Counted from the stretch's first letter, positions 12,916 to 27,851 are shown. The stretch: 64,000 nt of DNA from Octopus vulgaris (GCA_951406725.2 OX597826.1:79856001-79920000); one strand, 5' to 3'. Notes: a model not told the origin generated them from the letters alone. Program-made: numbers and translations.

Positions 12916-14743
12916 GGCCGATGATCTCTGGCTGTTTGGTATCGTGTCATATCCCTAAAAGATCGTGTTGTAGAATATTGGTTGAAAGCCATCTCAAGGC
13001 CTCAGTGGAACCAGTTTTGTAAATCTGGTATTAAAAGCCATTCTTTGGTTTATGCTGCATCATCAAGGATGATGCCTTCGTTATTTCTAACGGGGCAGAA
13101 TTACCGAAGCATATGCCATCTGTTATTTGTCAAGATAGTTATTCACTATCACTCTATGCAATAAATATGCTATCATATTCTACAGCTAATATTTTCAAAC
13201 AAAGACAATGCTAATCATCGACAATTAATTGTACAAACGTAACAACCAAGATCAAATAACAATGTAAATACAACTCGTTTTAAACGGAGCTCTCTTGCTA
13301 GCAATCTAGGGACAACGCAATAGAAAGCACCATGACGATAGCCTCTACTTTGGAATCAACAACAAGTTTAACAGTCAATTGTTTTAAGGGTAGGCGCTAT
13401 CAACAGGTACATACGATCCGCAACAAAAATAGGAAAAAATACTATTGCTTTACCCGAAAACATATGGTCATTCAAATCTGAAATATGTCACAGGATATTA
13501 ATTAGAAAGTAATAACATACGCTTAGCATTACTAATAAGGAATAATGCAAATTATTTCTTACTTTTAATCTTTTCATAGGAACATTTCATAACAATTTTT
13601 TTATCCACCAAATATTGTTATGCATTGAAGTTCCTTCCTTCGGTTGTTTTGTGTGGCTCCTCATTTTACCGTTGTATCTTACGGGTTGTTCCAATGCTCC
13701 ATCTTATTTAGGAAGATTACTTTCGTATCATATTACATTTATATTAACATTATGTCCAAATTGCCATAAACAGTCTGGCTTCTTTTCATAAAGTATAAGG
13801 TATGTTAATGTAAACACTTTGTGTATACGTTGTGCGTTAGGCTTTGTAGAATTCGTTTTATGCATGCATTTTTAGATGCACACCAATACGTACTTTGGGT
13901 AGATGCATGAATGCATTTCTGTATATTTCTAGGCAGGTGTATGCATTTGTACACACACACAAACATACATACATGCATATATGCGCGTGTGTGTGCATCT
14001 GCATGTGTCGCATACACACTCGATAGAATGCATGTTAATGTGGTTATTTTTCAAATTGGATGACAAAATCTCTGTCAGGGCGTTTAAACTCTAAAAACAA
14101 CAAACAAGGAAGGTAACTCTAACAACATCAGCCATTCCAAGTCATCAGGACGCAAAGACAACAATGTCACGCCTGTGTTTTGTCTTCGGTCGGATTTTAA
14201 TGACAAGATTTGCACTTCTTCATTCATTTCGAAAGATGTTAATTACTTTATATGGCTGCTGTCATCTTGCTTTTTACTTTCAGACTTTAAGTGTTCCTTA
14301 GAGAGAGTGGTTCTGGCTGGGATAATCTCCCGGAAAAACGACATTCTTCAACCCGTCTCTATATTAAACGTGTCAAATGCTAATGCAAGAATATTAAACA
14401 TGCGGAGCACTCGACTGAGTTACTTTAGCTCAGCTCTATGTAGGCATACGAATTCTTACGTATACACACACACTCATAGAGACACAGATACACACATACA
14501 AACACACACACATACACACAAATATATATCTATAACAGTCCATCTATCTCCCTCTGTCTTTCTGTCTTTCTCTCTCACACACATACATATATGTACATAT
14601 ATGTAAATTCTTACATACATACACACACACATACATATACATATATATACATATATGTAAATGCTTACATATATACATACATGCATACATACATACATAC
14701 ATACATACATACATACATACATGCATATATATATATCTATCTA

Positions 14744-14802
<59 letters not shown>

Positions 14803-15387
14803 ACACACACACACTTCAATACACAGATACACAAACACACACTATCATACGCACACACATACACATATGATAGTGATGAAGAAGAGGCGTTGAGAGAGAG
14901 ACCTCATAAAATCAATAAATCTGATTAGAGATTTCTGGCGACTTGGTGACTGATTTCTTCGGTAGCTCATTAAGTGCGAAGTTAGTGAACTGTAATGCAG
15001 TCCATCGCCAATTAGCGACTAACAGCAAACAATAGTCTCACAGGGTTTGTGGTACTTTCACACTAGTTAATGGACTGAGCACTCGTCAACTTACCGATTT
15101 AAAAGTTTGTCACAGCAGATTTTTACGAGCTTCCAATATCAAAGTCGACATTTGGCTTATAAGATAATCAGTTTAATGCCTTCTAGTGTGTGTTTAGATA
15201 ATTCTGTGTGTGTGTGCATATGTGTGTGTGCTTGTGCGTGTGCTTGTGCATGTGTGTGTGTGTGTGTGAGTGTGTGTGTGTGTGTGAGCTTGTACAGTGT
15301 ATGTTTATGTTTAATGTTTCTTAATTACTTTGTTTTTTTATTAGGTTTGTAAGATTCTTCATGTGAATTCGTCTGTGTTGAAACAAA

Positions 15388-15634
15388 TCTTGTTGTGTCT
15401 GGGGAGGGTCGTTACGCCGATAAAAATTAAAACAAACGCACGATGTCATTGATGAAGTAGCGAATAGCGACGAAAGGGCTCTGACATAGAAAACTAACAA
15501 CCAATTGATTGTTCAATCAACACCTTAAAATATCACTATTAGTTGATAAAATAAAGAAGTGGCAGTGAACCAGTGCGTGTGGTTATGTTAATCTTTATTG
15601 GCCTAACGACCCTCCCTAGACACAACAAGATTTC
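15388..15634. mobile_element. Fold-back repeat enclosing a hammerhead motif at 15443-15487 (+)
   Basis: Arms ~15388-15442 and ~15574-15634; atgtca-TTGATGA-a-gtagc[gaata]gcgac-GAAA-gggc-TC-tgacat (6-bp stem I; C3>U). Confidence 0.65.
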
Positions 15635-15769
15635 TTAATTCTTTCTGTTTCTCTGTTGCATTTCTCGCTTGTTTGAATTTAGCGTTGAAACGAAATATTG
15701 CTGACCCTTGGGCATTAATGTCTCAAGTACTAGGATCCACATGGCCAGTCACTCAGTGACTCAATGGGA

Positions 15770-15960
15770 TATAAGTGACGGAGATCACATTAAATCTCCG
15801 AACGGGACGCCAGATTTACTTATTTACTAACCAGTGCTCACCAGCAACGTAAAATGAAGAGTTTTGCATAAGAACACAACGAACTGCCTGGTCCAAGATC
15901 GAAACCGTTACATGTGATTGTGAGAGCAGCACGCTAACCACTTAGCCACATGTCTTCACA
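15770..15960 (-). mobile_element. Decayed tRNA-derived SINE
   Basis: Reverse complement gives GTGAAGACATGTGGCTAAGTGGTTAGCGTG head. Confidence 0.55.
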
Positions 15961-16669
15961 ATGGAATTTTAGATTGATATATTTTGAGAGTAGCAGTCTG
16001 TGACTAAATCCCCCATGTTGGTCACTGTTGTGGTGTGTTTCTTTCTAGTCTCAGGCCAACCCTCACCGAGCAGATCTATCATCTGCGGCTTTTCAGCCGC
16101 AGCCACCCTGCCTGCATCCAGTACATCTTACTTTAAGACTGGATTTTTACGTCTTTCTCTCATTAACACCTGCTTGTTGTTGTTCAGCTTTTATCACTCA
16201 TTAAAAAGGTCTATGATCAAAGCCTTTCCAGAGATGACCAGTTTGTCTTGTTTCCAGAAATAGTTAACAGTTAACAGAAAAAAATATACAAGATTTACAA
16301 AACGAATGACTGTGAAAGTACTTTAACCCCTCAAAGTGTCTCACGTAACAACAATAAAAGGGATCTGTTGCTTATTTAAATTTTTAAAAAGGCCACTATC
16401 TAAATCGTGACCAATCCTGACTTCTTTCATGGTTTTCAAAGGTCTACTGAGTTAGCCACTGAAATGGCTCAACTAGTAAACATACTTTCTCCTGTATTGG
16501 ACGCTGCACTTTTGAAGAGGATCCGATATGGTCGTTTCTAACAACCATAGGGTTGGCTTTTAGCTATAAATTTTACTGAAGCATGGATGCTTTTGTAATG
16601 AAAGACTGAATTCAATGCATCATTCCTTCAATGGTGATACATTGTGTCCTCTGACTAACTTCCGACTAA

Positions 16670-17011
16670 CTAAAGACCCCCTTCGGTCATGAATGACCAT
16701 TGGATTGCACCTAGAATGTTCCCCTCCAAGGTACAAATCCGAGGGCAAGATTGTTTGTGGAAGACCAGCAATCACCTATGCATACCGGCCTACCCTCTTC
16801 ACACCACTGATGTTATCCAAGGGAAAGGCAAAGGGGCCGATACAGCTTGGCACCAGTGACGTCGCAACTCATTTCCAGAGCTGAGTGAACTGGAACAACA
16901 TGAAATAAGTGTCTTGCTCAAGAACACAACACGCAGCCCGGTCTAGGAATCGAACTCACTACCTCATGATTGTGATTCTGACGCTCTAAGCAGTGAGCCA
17001 TGCGCCTTCAC
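16670..17011 (-). mobile_element. tRNA-derived SINE (family B-related head)
   Basis: Reverse complement GTGAAGGCGCATGGCTCACTGCTTAGAGCG...GAGTTCGATTCCTAGACC with A/B boxes. Confidence 0.75.
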
Positions 17012-17324
17012 GTTTCACCTTGTTAAGTGATATGAAAAATATGACAACAAAAATGCAGAAATAGTTACTTAGCAGACTTATGATGAGCTGCAACCAATGT
17101 CAAAGGTGTCTCAACTCTGACGGCCACCATATTGTATTTTCTGCCGAAAGTCTTCTTAGATATATCTAGGATTACATCGTCCCAAGTGTGAATTATTTTT
17201 TCAAGATGGCAGCAGGTGTTTTGAGGGAGAGTTGTCTAATATTTCTAGGAAGCTGAGCAACAACATACAGGCTTCCATATTTATGTCGTAGTTAATTGTT
17301 GGTATTCACTGCGGGGGTCGTCGT

Positions 17325-17990
17325 CGTCGTCGTTGTTGTGGTAGTGGTAGGTTATAGACGTTATGATGGAAGTGGCAGTGAGTTACAGAGATACAGTAGG
17401 ATGAATTGGGAGTAGTGGGAGTAGTGAGAGTAACGGGAATAGCATTAAGTCACAGTAATATCACTTCTGTGAAATGGGTGCGGTGGGAGTGGGATAGAAT
17501 CGTAGCAGAAGCATTAAGACAAAGTAGGAGTAGTTGGAACAGCAACAGTGGCAGTAGGGATACAGTGGGAGTAGTCACACGTGTAGCAGGAAGTCGTAGT
17601 GAAAGTGGTTGGAGTAGGAGTAGTAGCAGTAGGATGAAACAAGGAGGAGTGGGAGTTGCCTTGAAGTTACAGTAGCAGCAGTAGTAGTGGTAGCAGCAGC
17701 AGCAGAAAAGTGAAAGTAGCGGCAGCATCAGAAGCAGCAAGTCACAATGGCGTCCGAAGCAGCAGGAAGAGGGAGTGGCGGGAGTTTGCATCAAGTCACA
17801 ACAGTGGCGGTAATGGCGGCAAGTTACAAGACTAGCAGCAGGTTGCAGTAGTAGCAGTACGAACGGTTGCAACAAGTATGAGGGAGAGTAATGGTAGCAG
17901 TTGCAAGGTGAAGCAATGGAAGCAGGCAGTAACTCGGCAGCAGCAGGGCTACTTAAGGAATGCAGTAAATAATATTCACTACAGCAGCAA
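17325..17990. repeat. Degenerate (AGC/AGT)n low-complexity tract
   Basis: Direct reading. Confidence 0.8.
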
Positions 17991-18924
17991 GTAAAAATAT
18001 TCATCGCTTCGATGAGACAAGCTAACTCTCGCTTAAGCTTTGCGATTTCATTAAATCTGTAAAATGAACCAAACTCTTCCACGGAATCGTATTTGGTAAA
18101 ACGTCGTCTAAATTGGGTTGATATCCACTGTATGCTAATATCCATTATTGATCCTCAAAGACGCGTTGGCATTGAAAGTTCTTCCCTGTCCCAACCCCTT
18201 CTCAAGTATTATAGTTCACTGTGATTTAGAAGTAGGCAGCGATTGTCTAAGGTTGACTGGAACAATTTTCAACGACCTCAAGTTGAATTTTAGTTTCGTT
18301 GTCCATAACTACTCACAGTGAATTTAATTCATTCCTTTTGACTATGTTGAAAGCAACAGGTTTATAGAAGGGAGAATGCAGTGAGTTTGAGTGACTTAAA
18401 GTCTCTCCCAAGAGCTGTGCTTTCATAATTGAGATAACGACCGCAATATTGCACTTCCCGCCGAAAGCTTAGATGCATCCCTCGGTTATCATCAGAAATC
18501 AGGGAAATGAATATAATCGATTCGAACAAAAAGAAACACTTTGTATTTTGACGAAATGGCCGTTTGTAATGAATGTAATTTGCGAGAGTGAAACGAAGTG
18601 CATTCAAATGTGAATAGAAGCTCCGTCGGTTTGGGTTTTTCGTCGGATTATCTGCTCTTCTACATCTTTGCTTAGGGAACGTCTCGGTGGTCACGCACCC
18701 TGATATAACTATGAGTACATTCTCCTCAAACCATACTCTGCGGTCTTAGTAAATAATTCAGAAATGTTGAATAACTTAGTTTTGTGTTCAGTTTGCTTTG
18801 GGGTAACAAGAGATGGTCAGGGATGGAGCATCTCTGATCAAAGTTCGCCTCAATCAGGGCCTGTCTAAAAGTAATCAACAACAGCAACAACTCCGAGTTT
18901 TCCTGCAGATGATGATTTTTAAAA

Positions 18925-19453
18925 TGACTGTGACGACGACGAGGATTCCACTTGATCCGATCAATCAAACAGTCTTTTTGTGAAATTAAGATACAAGTGG
19001 CTGAGTACTCCACAGACACGCGTAACTTCAACGTAGGTTCTCCGGGAGATTCAGTAGGATACAGCGACAAGGCTTACACTTGCCAGCTGAGGTCTTTGGA
19101 GCAACGTGAAATAAAGTATCTTTCTCAAGAGCACAACGCATCATTGGGAATCGAACTCGCAATCTTACAGTCTGGAGCCGAACACCCTAACCACTAAACC
19201 ACATGCCTTCTTTTACATATATTTAAGCTACAAGAGAAATGAATAAATATGATGGTATTTTAAACGGCGAACTGGCAGAAACGTTACAACGCCGGACGAA
19301 ATGCGTAGCCGTATTTCGTTTGCCGTTACGTTCTGAGTTCAAATTCCACCGAGGTCGACTTTGCCTTTCATCCTTTCGGGGTCGATAAATTAAGTACCAG
19401 TTACGCAGTGGGGTCGATATAATCGACTTAACCCGTCTGTTAAAGAAATAGGT
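18925..19453. mobile_element. Decayed family B SINE (-, ~18925-19210) and family A SINE (+, ~19264-19453)
   Basis: Similarity to the other copies in the window. Confidence 0.75.
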
Positions 19454-21106
19454 ATTTTAAACCGCTTGGGATTTTCACGTAAGAACAGAAAAGATCAAAA
19501 AATTTTATTTAGAATATGGCGATGTTTTCTATAATGAACACATTTCAACGGTCTTTTGCTACCATACTACGCTTTTCGTAAGAAGTCACCTGTATGACTC
19601 AGTTGTGACTTACAGATCTCTACTTCCGACTATTTCATGAAATACTGGCCTTGTTGAGGACCATATTGTACATGATGAAATGCAGTGATTGATCGTATCA
19701 AGTCAGTGTTGCAACAGGAACGTTTATTCTCTCCACCCTCCGCTATATTTTCTGAACGTCTGTTGATGTCTGTGATGGCCACAAGACGTGCAAATTGAAT
19801 AGAGTTGGAACGTGTCAAACGTTGTATTTTTGCACTTATTAAAGGAGACAAGCAAAGCTGATGCAGGTTACAATTAGCTAACGCTACACTAAACATAGCA
19901 TTGCTGAGAAACATCTGCCACCATTCGATATAAATAGGAATCTACTTAAATACTGGTCATCAAGTATTTAAACCCAATGATGCATGTTAACAAAACACTA
20001 ATTATATACTGTAATTATATACTACAAATTATATACTGCCTTCATATATCGACTAATCAAATTGTAGTAATTTTCCATTAAAATTTATTCGTAAGCGCTA
20101 AATATGAAAGATGGCAAATAGGATATTTCCTTCTTCGCTAAATATTCCTTCATACACGTAGACAAATGTAATGGCCGTTTCTAAATTATGTTATCTAAAA
20201 TCAAGAATATTCAAATATAGCATCATAAATCATTTTTATGCCAGAATTCTTTTCTCATTATCCGCTCCATCTTTTGGTCCTTATGTTTTTTTCTTCATCA
20301 ATGTTTCGTACATTAATACCTATTTATGTTATTTATTTATTTATTTGTATGACAAATCATGACACGATAATAGATTGCATTTCTGCAAGCAAAATGTCGT
20401 CTGCGTTTGAAAATAGTTTTATTTTTTTCTCCATAGATTACAATAAATAAGTAAATAACGGAAGCAAAATCTCAATGATTTCCTACATTTTCGAAAATAT
20501 ATTGCGACCCACAGAAAGAAAATGAGCGAGAACAAATTTATCAAGCAGTAGAAGTAAATACAACAAAGAAACATGAAACAAAAAGAAAGAAAAATGATGG
20601 ACGCCATAGTTGCTAATGAGAATTTAACAGCGTAATCGGATAATTGATAGCTTTTCGAATGTGGATAACAAAGTTATTTTACTCGTGCTTTGTTTCTTGT
20701 TTTACACCAAATAGCATCACAGAAGAGTGTTTTCCTCTTGACAAAATGCGTCTATCGATTTGTTGTAGAACGAAGAGAAATACAGACACCTTGAAGGCAA
20801 AAGGTCCCACTGCGGTTATCGATACCTTATTAAATCCAGAAGAATGAGTTACATATTGGATTTTCATTCAGGTACTAATGTCTTACATCTTTAAGACGAT
20901 TATTCTTTGCATGATTATACATAATTGTTCATAAATCATTTATTTTTGATATTTGAAATGAAGAATTGCGTTGATAAAGAAAAAAGCATCGTTGGTGAGT
21001 TGCGCCGACGAAGAAGCCAAACGTCGCAGATGAAATTCAAACAATTCAGATCTCAGCTGTCCTTGCAAAACACTCATTATTACTATTATTTCCTCCACCT
21101 CAGCGA

Positions 21107-21507
21107 AGGTGGATTAAGTCGATTACATCGACCCTAGTGCGTAATTGGTAGTTATTTAATCGACGGCGAAAGGATGAAGGCACAGTCGACCCCGGCAGAA
21201 TTTGAACCCAGAATGTAACGGCAGACGAAATAACCGCTAAGTATTTCGCCCGGCGCTCTAACGATTCTGCCAACTTGCCGCCTTTGCTTTCCTATATTCT
21301 TTTCTACTCTAGGCACAAGGCCCGAAATTTTGGGGGAGGAGGTCAGCCGATTAGATCGACCCCAGTACGCAACTGGTACTTAATTTATCAACCCCGAAAG
21401 GATGAACGGCAAAGTCGACCTCGGCGGAATTTGAACTCAGAACGTAACGGCAGACGAAATACGGTTACGCATTTCGCCCGGCATGCTAACGTTTCTGCCA
21501 GCTCGCC
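21107..21507 (-). mobile_element. Two tandem family A SINEs
   Basis: Two heads ending at ~21281 and ~21507. Confidence 0.85.
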
Positions 21508-23587
21508 ATCTTGTACTAATGTTCTATTGACTAATAAGAGTTCGCCGATGTCATTGTGTATTGAGGAGCGAAAGATTGAAACAAGACTTAATCTTAAAAA
21601 AAAGGAAACACCGTTTTGATTTAATGACGTTTCTTTTCTGCGCTGCGTTGAAATCTTCTTTGCATCGAATTATCTTCTATAGACCTAGATTCCTTTAACA
21701 GGAGGGCTGATCTTCTATCAGATAAACACTACAAAATTATCAGATACGTGCTATGTCTTGAGGAATCTGCTGATTCGAAAAGATGAACAAAAAGTTCATT
21801 CTTAGCAAATGGAACTGTAAAGTGTGAGGGGAAAATGGCAAACTTTGTGCTTTTGTAGGCATCACTTTCAGCTTGTACAGTAAGTTAGTCATGCACAAAT
21901 TCATTCTTCCTAATCTCTTTCTCGAAATCTAAGATGCTGCATAGATAATGTATTTTGCTACTATTCCTGCTTCTAGTAGACATGTAAGAGAAAGGGAGAG
22001 TTGAGGTGCGAAATCTCGTTTGTTTTCGTTGTATCAAGTCAGGTGATGTAAGAAGAGGTATTATTCAAAACAATGCAATTATTTTAAACAACGTGAAGCA
22101 TTGTTCGGACTCTCATCATTAAGCACGAAAATAGAAGCTTCCAGAAAAAATGAATTCGTTTTGAGAGCTTATATTTTTTGTATGCATATATTTTACATGC
22201 ATCGGTACATACAAACATTTGGAATTTGGTAATGTTGTTCTGTTTATGAACACCTGGATGTAATTACTCATGAAAATAAAGAACATGTATATTATGCGCC
22301 ATTATTGTTTTACAGCTCCAGTCTTATATAATTCCGTTCAACCGAGGTTTACATAACAACAGAATAGTCTTCACCGATGATAGAAGTAAAAGCGTTCGTT
22401 AAGCAGTACCGAGGCTTTCACAGAAGCAGATCTATATCAAACAGCATCATTATTTTGGAGTGTTGAACTTGCATAACCATTACCACGCCGGACAAAATGC
22501 TTAACGGAATTACTTCCGGCTTTGCCTTCTGCGTTAAAATTGCGACGAGGTCGACATTACTGTTCATTTATTCGGGATAACATAAGTACGAATGAGCACT
22601 GGAGACAATATTATCGATTAGATCCCTCCCCACAAGTTCAGGCCTTATACTTATAGAAGGAAGAATTATTTTTGACCGACGACGTGAAGTGGTAAGGGTG
22701 CAAATGAATTCAAATGTTCACTTTCGTCGTCTTTGGTTTCTGGGATAGTCACTCGGCAGGATCAAATTTTGCCGTTTGATATTAATGTTACGTGTAGATT
22801 TCATTTAATATCTAAATAGCATAACTACTAACCAAATACATGGTCTGTCTATTTATCTTCCGTCCTTTCCTTAAAAATTTGTGGCATTTTGCCAAAAGAT
22901 GAAATCGTTATACCTAGCAGCGAGCAATGTCGTGTTGAATGGCTGAATGGAAATATTCTGTGCTAAATGCATTAACATGCTCAGCTCTTTCAAAGCATAC
23001 CATTATTCTCTTGTTTCTATACGTTTCTCTAAGTTTGGTGAGAAGACTCGGAGGCTTGAGGTTGGAGAAAATTGATTTACATATTTTCTTTTTGTGAAGA
23101 TTACGCACCGAATACGACATCTTTATTGCGCAGAATAATCTGATCTAAAATTTTAATTTCATGAGTAAGAAATATAAAACCAGAACAAGAGAGGTGTTAA
23201 TGACAGAAACACTGTGCTGCTCCTCCTTATAAAACTTTAATTCTACCCACAGAAAAGATGAGGATAGAGATACATTCCAGGTGAATATATTTGGAGATAT
23301 TCTATTTTTTAAAATATTTCTGATATTAGCAACAGAAAAACTGTTTTTCAGGCTTCGACTCATTACTTGACCAGCGTTCGGACGACAGAGTGCTGGTTGG
23401 GAAATTCAATCAGAACTTCGTAATTTCGTAATTAGAGGATTTATTTAAATGTAAATAAATGTCCTGCGAAATTTTGTTCTGTCAATCACACCACTCTCTT
23501 TCTCAACGAGATTTAATATATACATTCCTATACACATGTGCGTATACATATTTTCGGACCCAACGTTGAATACCTACGCATATCGTC

Positions 23588-24199
23588 GTGGCACTTCGTC
23601 GGTTACGACGACGAGGGTTACAGCTGATCCGATCAACATATCTGCCAGCTCGTGAAATTAATGTGTAAGTGGCTGAGCACTCCACAGACACATGTACCTA
23701 TTTCTTTACTACCCACAAGGGGCAAAACACAGAGGGGACAAACAAGGACAGACAAATGGATTAAGTCGATTACATCGACCCCAGTGCGTAACTGGTACTT
23801 AATTTATCGACCCCGGAAGGATGAAAGGCAAAGTCGATCTCGGCGGAATTTGAACTCAGAACCTAATGCCAGACGAAATACCGCTAAGCATTTCGCCCGG
23901 CGTGCTAACGTTTCTGCCAGCTCGCCACAGACAGATCTACCCTTAACGTAGTTCTCAGGGAGATTCAACGTGACACAGTGTGGGATAAGGCTGACCTTTT
24001 GAAATACAGGTACAACAGAAACAGGAAAAAAGAGTGAGAGAAAGTTGTGGTGAAAGAGTACAGCTGGGTTGGCCACCACCCCTTGCCGGAGCGTCGTGGA
24101 ACTTTAGGTGTGTTCGCACAATGCCCGGTCTCGGAATCGAGACCACGATTCCACGACCGCGAAACCGCTGTCCTTACAACTGGGTCGTTGCGCCTCTAC
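23588..24199 (-). mobile_element. Family B SINE interrupted by a family A SINE (23699-23926)
   Basis: Inner copy flanked by a degenerate 15-bp TSD, acagacacatgtacc / acagacagatctacc. Confidence 0.85.
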
Positions 24200-24367
24200 A
24201 CCTACACATATACATTTAAGGAAATAAACATATACTTATATCTGTTTAACTTTACGTGTAAATAATATTGCAAAAATGTGAGAAAAAAATTGGAAATTAT
24301 TAGAAATGTAAAAATGCGGCATTTTGATAAATGAAATAAAATAATAAAAATGCGACAATGACGAATG

Positions 24368-24416
<49 letters not shown>

Positions 24417-24439
24417 AAAAGGAACACACGAGTTGATAT

Positions 24440-24709
24440 ATATATGGAAAAAGTCAAGGTAGAAAAGGCTAAAATAATTTTATAAAAAACATTTTAGTAC
24501 CGGTTTCAGTAATTGAGACTTTTTCAAATATAAGTATGGAAAACAATTAAATTTGAGAAAACTTAAAAGAAAATCTTTTTTTAAGTATTCTTTTAATTTT
24601 TCCAGAATTTAATTGATTTTCATACTTATAGTTGAGTCCCAATGACTGAAACCTGTACTGAAGTGTTTTTAATAAAATTATTTTAGCATTTTCTACCTTG
24701 ACCTTTTTT

Positions 24710-24714
<5 letters not shown>
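24440..24714. mobile_element. ~275-bp fold-back element in (TA)n, with a decayed hammerhead in each arm
   Basis: Arms are reverse complements; agt...act-GAAA-ccgg-TA-cta on (-) in the left arm and GAAA-cctg-TA-ctg on (+) in the right arm; CUGANGA decayed. Confidence 0.65.
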
Positions 24715-24763
<49 letters not shown>

Positions 24764-25564
24764 TATGTCGCCCGGCGCAGTGTTGAATAAAAAAAAATTG
24801 TTTAAAGTCATTTGAACTTGGTAAGATCATTCGCTGCGGAAGTTAACATGGAACTAAAGTCTCCACCTAAACAAATGTGTAAACATATTTTGGGGGCTTT
24901 GAATGAAGTCAGTAGATCATAACACGCATGTTATTCTGCATTGTTTTCTCAACTATGTAAACCAAATGTATCTTTCACAGCCCGAATAAAAACGGAATTA
25001 TTCTTATTATAATAGTGTACTATACCATGTTAAAATGTTGTCTCTTTTTTTACTTTTTTATGGGATACCTAAAATATGAATATAAGTGTGTAGAATCTCG
25101 AAACCATTTGAGACTGCTTTTGCCAGAAGATGTCTTACAATGATAAATAACATTACTCAGTTCCAGTATGCCGGGTTGTAATATAAATTTTCTTTGGCAA
25201 AGGCATAAAAAGACAAACTCTTTTAGTATAGAAATTACCGCTACTTCTGTTTGGCAAGATCCACATGAACATGGAAAGTTCTCTTGCGTTCTTTTCTCTT
25301 TTATCTTCATGTCTAATGAGAAAAATCTGTTGATTAAACTGTTCGTCATGACGTCTGTGTAATTTTTAATGCTGTCTCAGTTTCAAGAGAATGATTGCGT
25401 TTATTTAAAAGGCATTTTTTAGAAGACGTTTACCGTATAATCGTTATCTGATAGACGAAATCATAGTTCAACAATTATTAGATACTTCATAGGGCACTTT
25501 AGAAATTATATGACTTCATTTCTGTACGAATGCTTGTGTATCTAACCTGAACCTCATATATATT

Positions 25565-25596
<32 letters not shown>

Positions 25597-26439
25597 TGTA
25601 TGTATGTATGTATGTATGTATGTAGGAATGTATATATATATATATGTGTATGTGTGTTCGTGTGCGTGCGCGTGTGTGCAACTGTGTTAATCTATATTAA
25701 TTACTGTCATTTTGACGGCTAATCAACTTCACTAACACAACAGCTGTCCTCTCTACACTGTATCAGCAATCTCTCACCACAGATAATACAAAATAGAAAA
25801 GAGCCAAAAACACTGCACATTCTGGATAACAAATAAATACATAAGTAAATAAATAAATAATAAAATAACCCCCTCAAAAAAAGAAAAAAAAAGAAAACAT
25901 CTAAGCTTTAGCTCTGCGGCCCAGCAGTTAATTAGATTTGCAACATAAATCAAAACCTCCCTTAAACAGAAATGCAAGCAGAAATTATATAATTGATATT
26001 AACCTAATAAAAAAAGAGAAAATCGATGTCTAAAGGAAAACAAAGGAAAAAAATGGAAAGAGGAGGAAAAAGGAACTTAAAGTGGGCCATCCCAGAAAAA
26101 TCTCATTCCCTGTTTTTTCTCGATCAATAAGGGTGGCTGGGTGTGATTCGATGTGAAAATTACCAGCCAACGTTTTGCTGTTTGTTATTAAAATGGCTTA
26201 AACCATCGAGCTAATTTTGGTCACGTGCCTTTCTTTCAGATATTGCATGATTCATTAGGAAGAGAAGTGGACGGGGTGGAGGGTGGGTTATTCTAAATTG
26301 GGCCCCGAGATTACAATAACAAAATCAAATCCAAGATAAAGAAAAAGAGAGAAAAACCCAAACAGAACAAGTAACACCTCAACCATCGACAACTGAAACA
26401 GTTGCATCGAAGCTGAACACAACATCGGTACCACTACGA

Positions 26440-27261
26440 GCAGCACCGCCACAACCATTTCCATCATCATCGCTATCATCATCATCATCGTCGTCATCAT
26501 CAAACTCGTCATCATCATCATCATCGTCATACTACATCTTTTCTCCTCCTCCACCGCTCCTCCCCCACCTCTGCCCTCCCTCCTTCTCCTCCAGCCCGCC
26601 TTCTCCTCCTCCCGTCCTTCTCATCCTCCTCCCCTCCTCCTCCTCTACCACCTCCTCTTTATCATCCTCTCATCCTCCTCCTTCCCCTTCCTCCTCTACC
26701 ACCACCTCTTCTTCATCATCTTCTTCATCTTCTTCATCATCTTCATCATCTTCTTCATCATCTTCTTCACCATCTTCTTCATCATCTTCTTCATCATCCC
26801 CTTCATCATCCTCATCATCCTCTTCATCATACTCTTCCTCCTCCCCTTCCTCTTCCTCCTCCTCCTTCTCTTCCTCTTCCACTTCCTTCTCCCTCCCCCT
26901 TCCTCTTACTTCTCCTTCCTCTTACTCCCCCTCCTCCTCATCCACCGCATCATCATCATCAACATCATCGTCGTCTTCGTTATCTTCGTTATCTTCACCA
27001 TCGTCATCACTGTCATCAACGACAGCATGTGTACGCAAAGCAAAAAAAAAGATGCTACATATAACACGAGGTAACCAAAACAAGAACAAAAACAAACATA
27101 ACAGTTAGCATGCCATTGAAAAAAAGAACAACAAAAACAACAACGACAACAACAGCAACAATGACAATAATAACAACAACAATAATAATGATAATAATAA
27201 CAATAACAATAATAATGATGATAATAATAATAATAACAACAACAACAATAATAATAATAAC

Positions 27262-27296
<35 letters not shown>

Positions 27297-27366
27297 TAAT
27301 GATAATAATAATAATAACAATAATAATAACAATAACAATAATAATAATAATAATAACAATAATAAT
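26440..27366. repeat. Compound (CAT)n/(TCC)n/(TCT)n and (AAC/AAT)n low-complexity region
   Basis: Direct reading. Confidence 0.9.
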
Positions 27367-27851
27367 GGTTTAAACTAGACAGTTAATTGCGTAACATCAA
27401 CAACAACATCAACATCAGCACCAATAAAAAAGAAACAACTTGTACCAATCTAATACAAAACAACGGAGCAATAATAATATTAATAGCAGGGAAAAGAAAG
27501 GGAGGGAACTTCAAAGGTAACAAACTGACCGACAACAACAGTAACAATAAGACGAATAATTGCAGCACAGAGCATCGACAGGTAATATAGTAACTACAGT
27601 GAAATAGAATAACATAATACAATTCATAACAGAAAATAACCCACCGCTAATACCACCATGACCACCACGGCGATAACGACGACCACCACCACCACCACCA
27701 TAAGCAACGGTAAGAGCAACAATAGTCACTAAAACAGACACGTGTGTGTGTGTGTATAAATCCACCCCCTCCCAAAAAAACAAGCACAAAAAAACAACGC
27801 ATGTTGTACGTGGAAAGTATTAGCAGACGCTCAAGGAAGGAAAGAAAGGTG

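Noticed and set aside
17450-18145. 231-aa minus-strand ORF
   Set aside because: Mostly a degenerate (CTG/CTA)n tract; no recognisable domain.
24770-25400. Overlapping ORFs 25050..25349 and 25168..25362
   Set aside because: No recognisable motif; possibly old TE debris.
26670-26882. Acidic poly-E/D ORF
   Set aside because: Trinucleotide low-complexity tract with no flanking coding signal.
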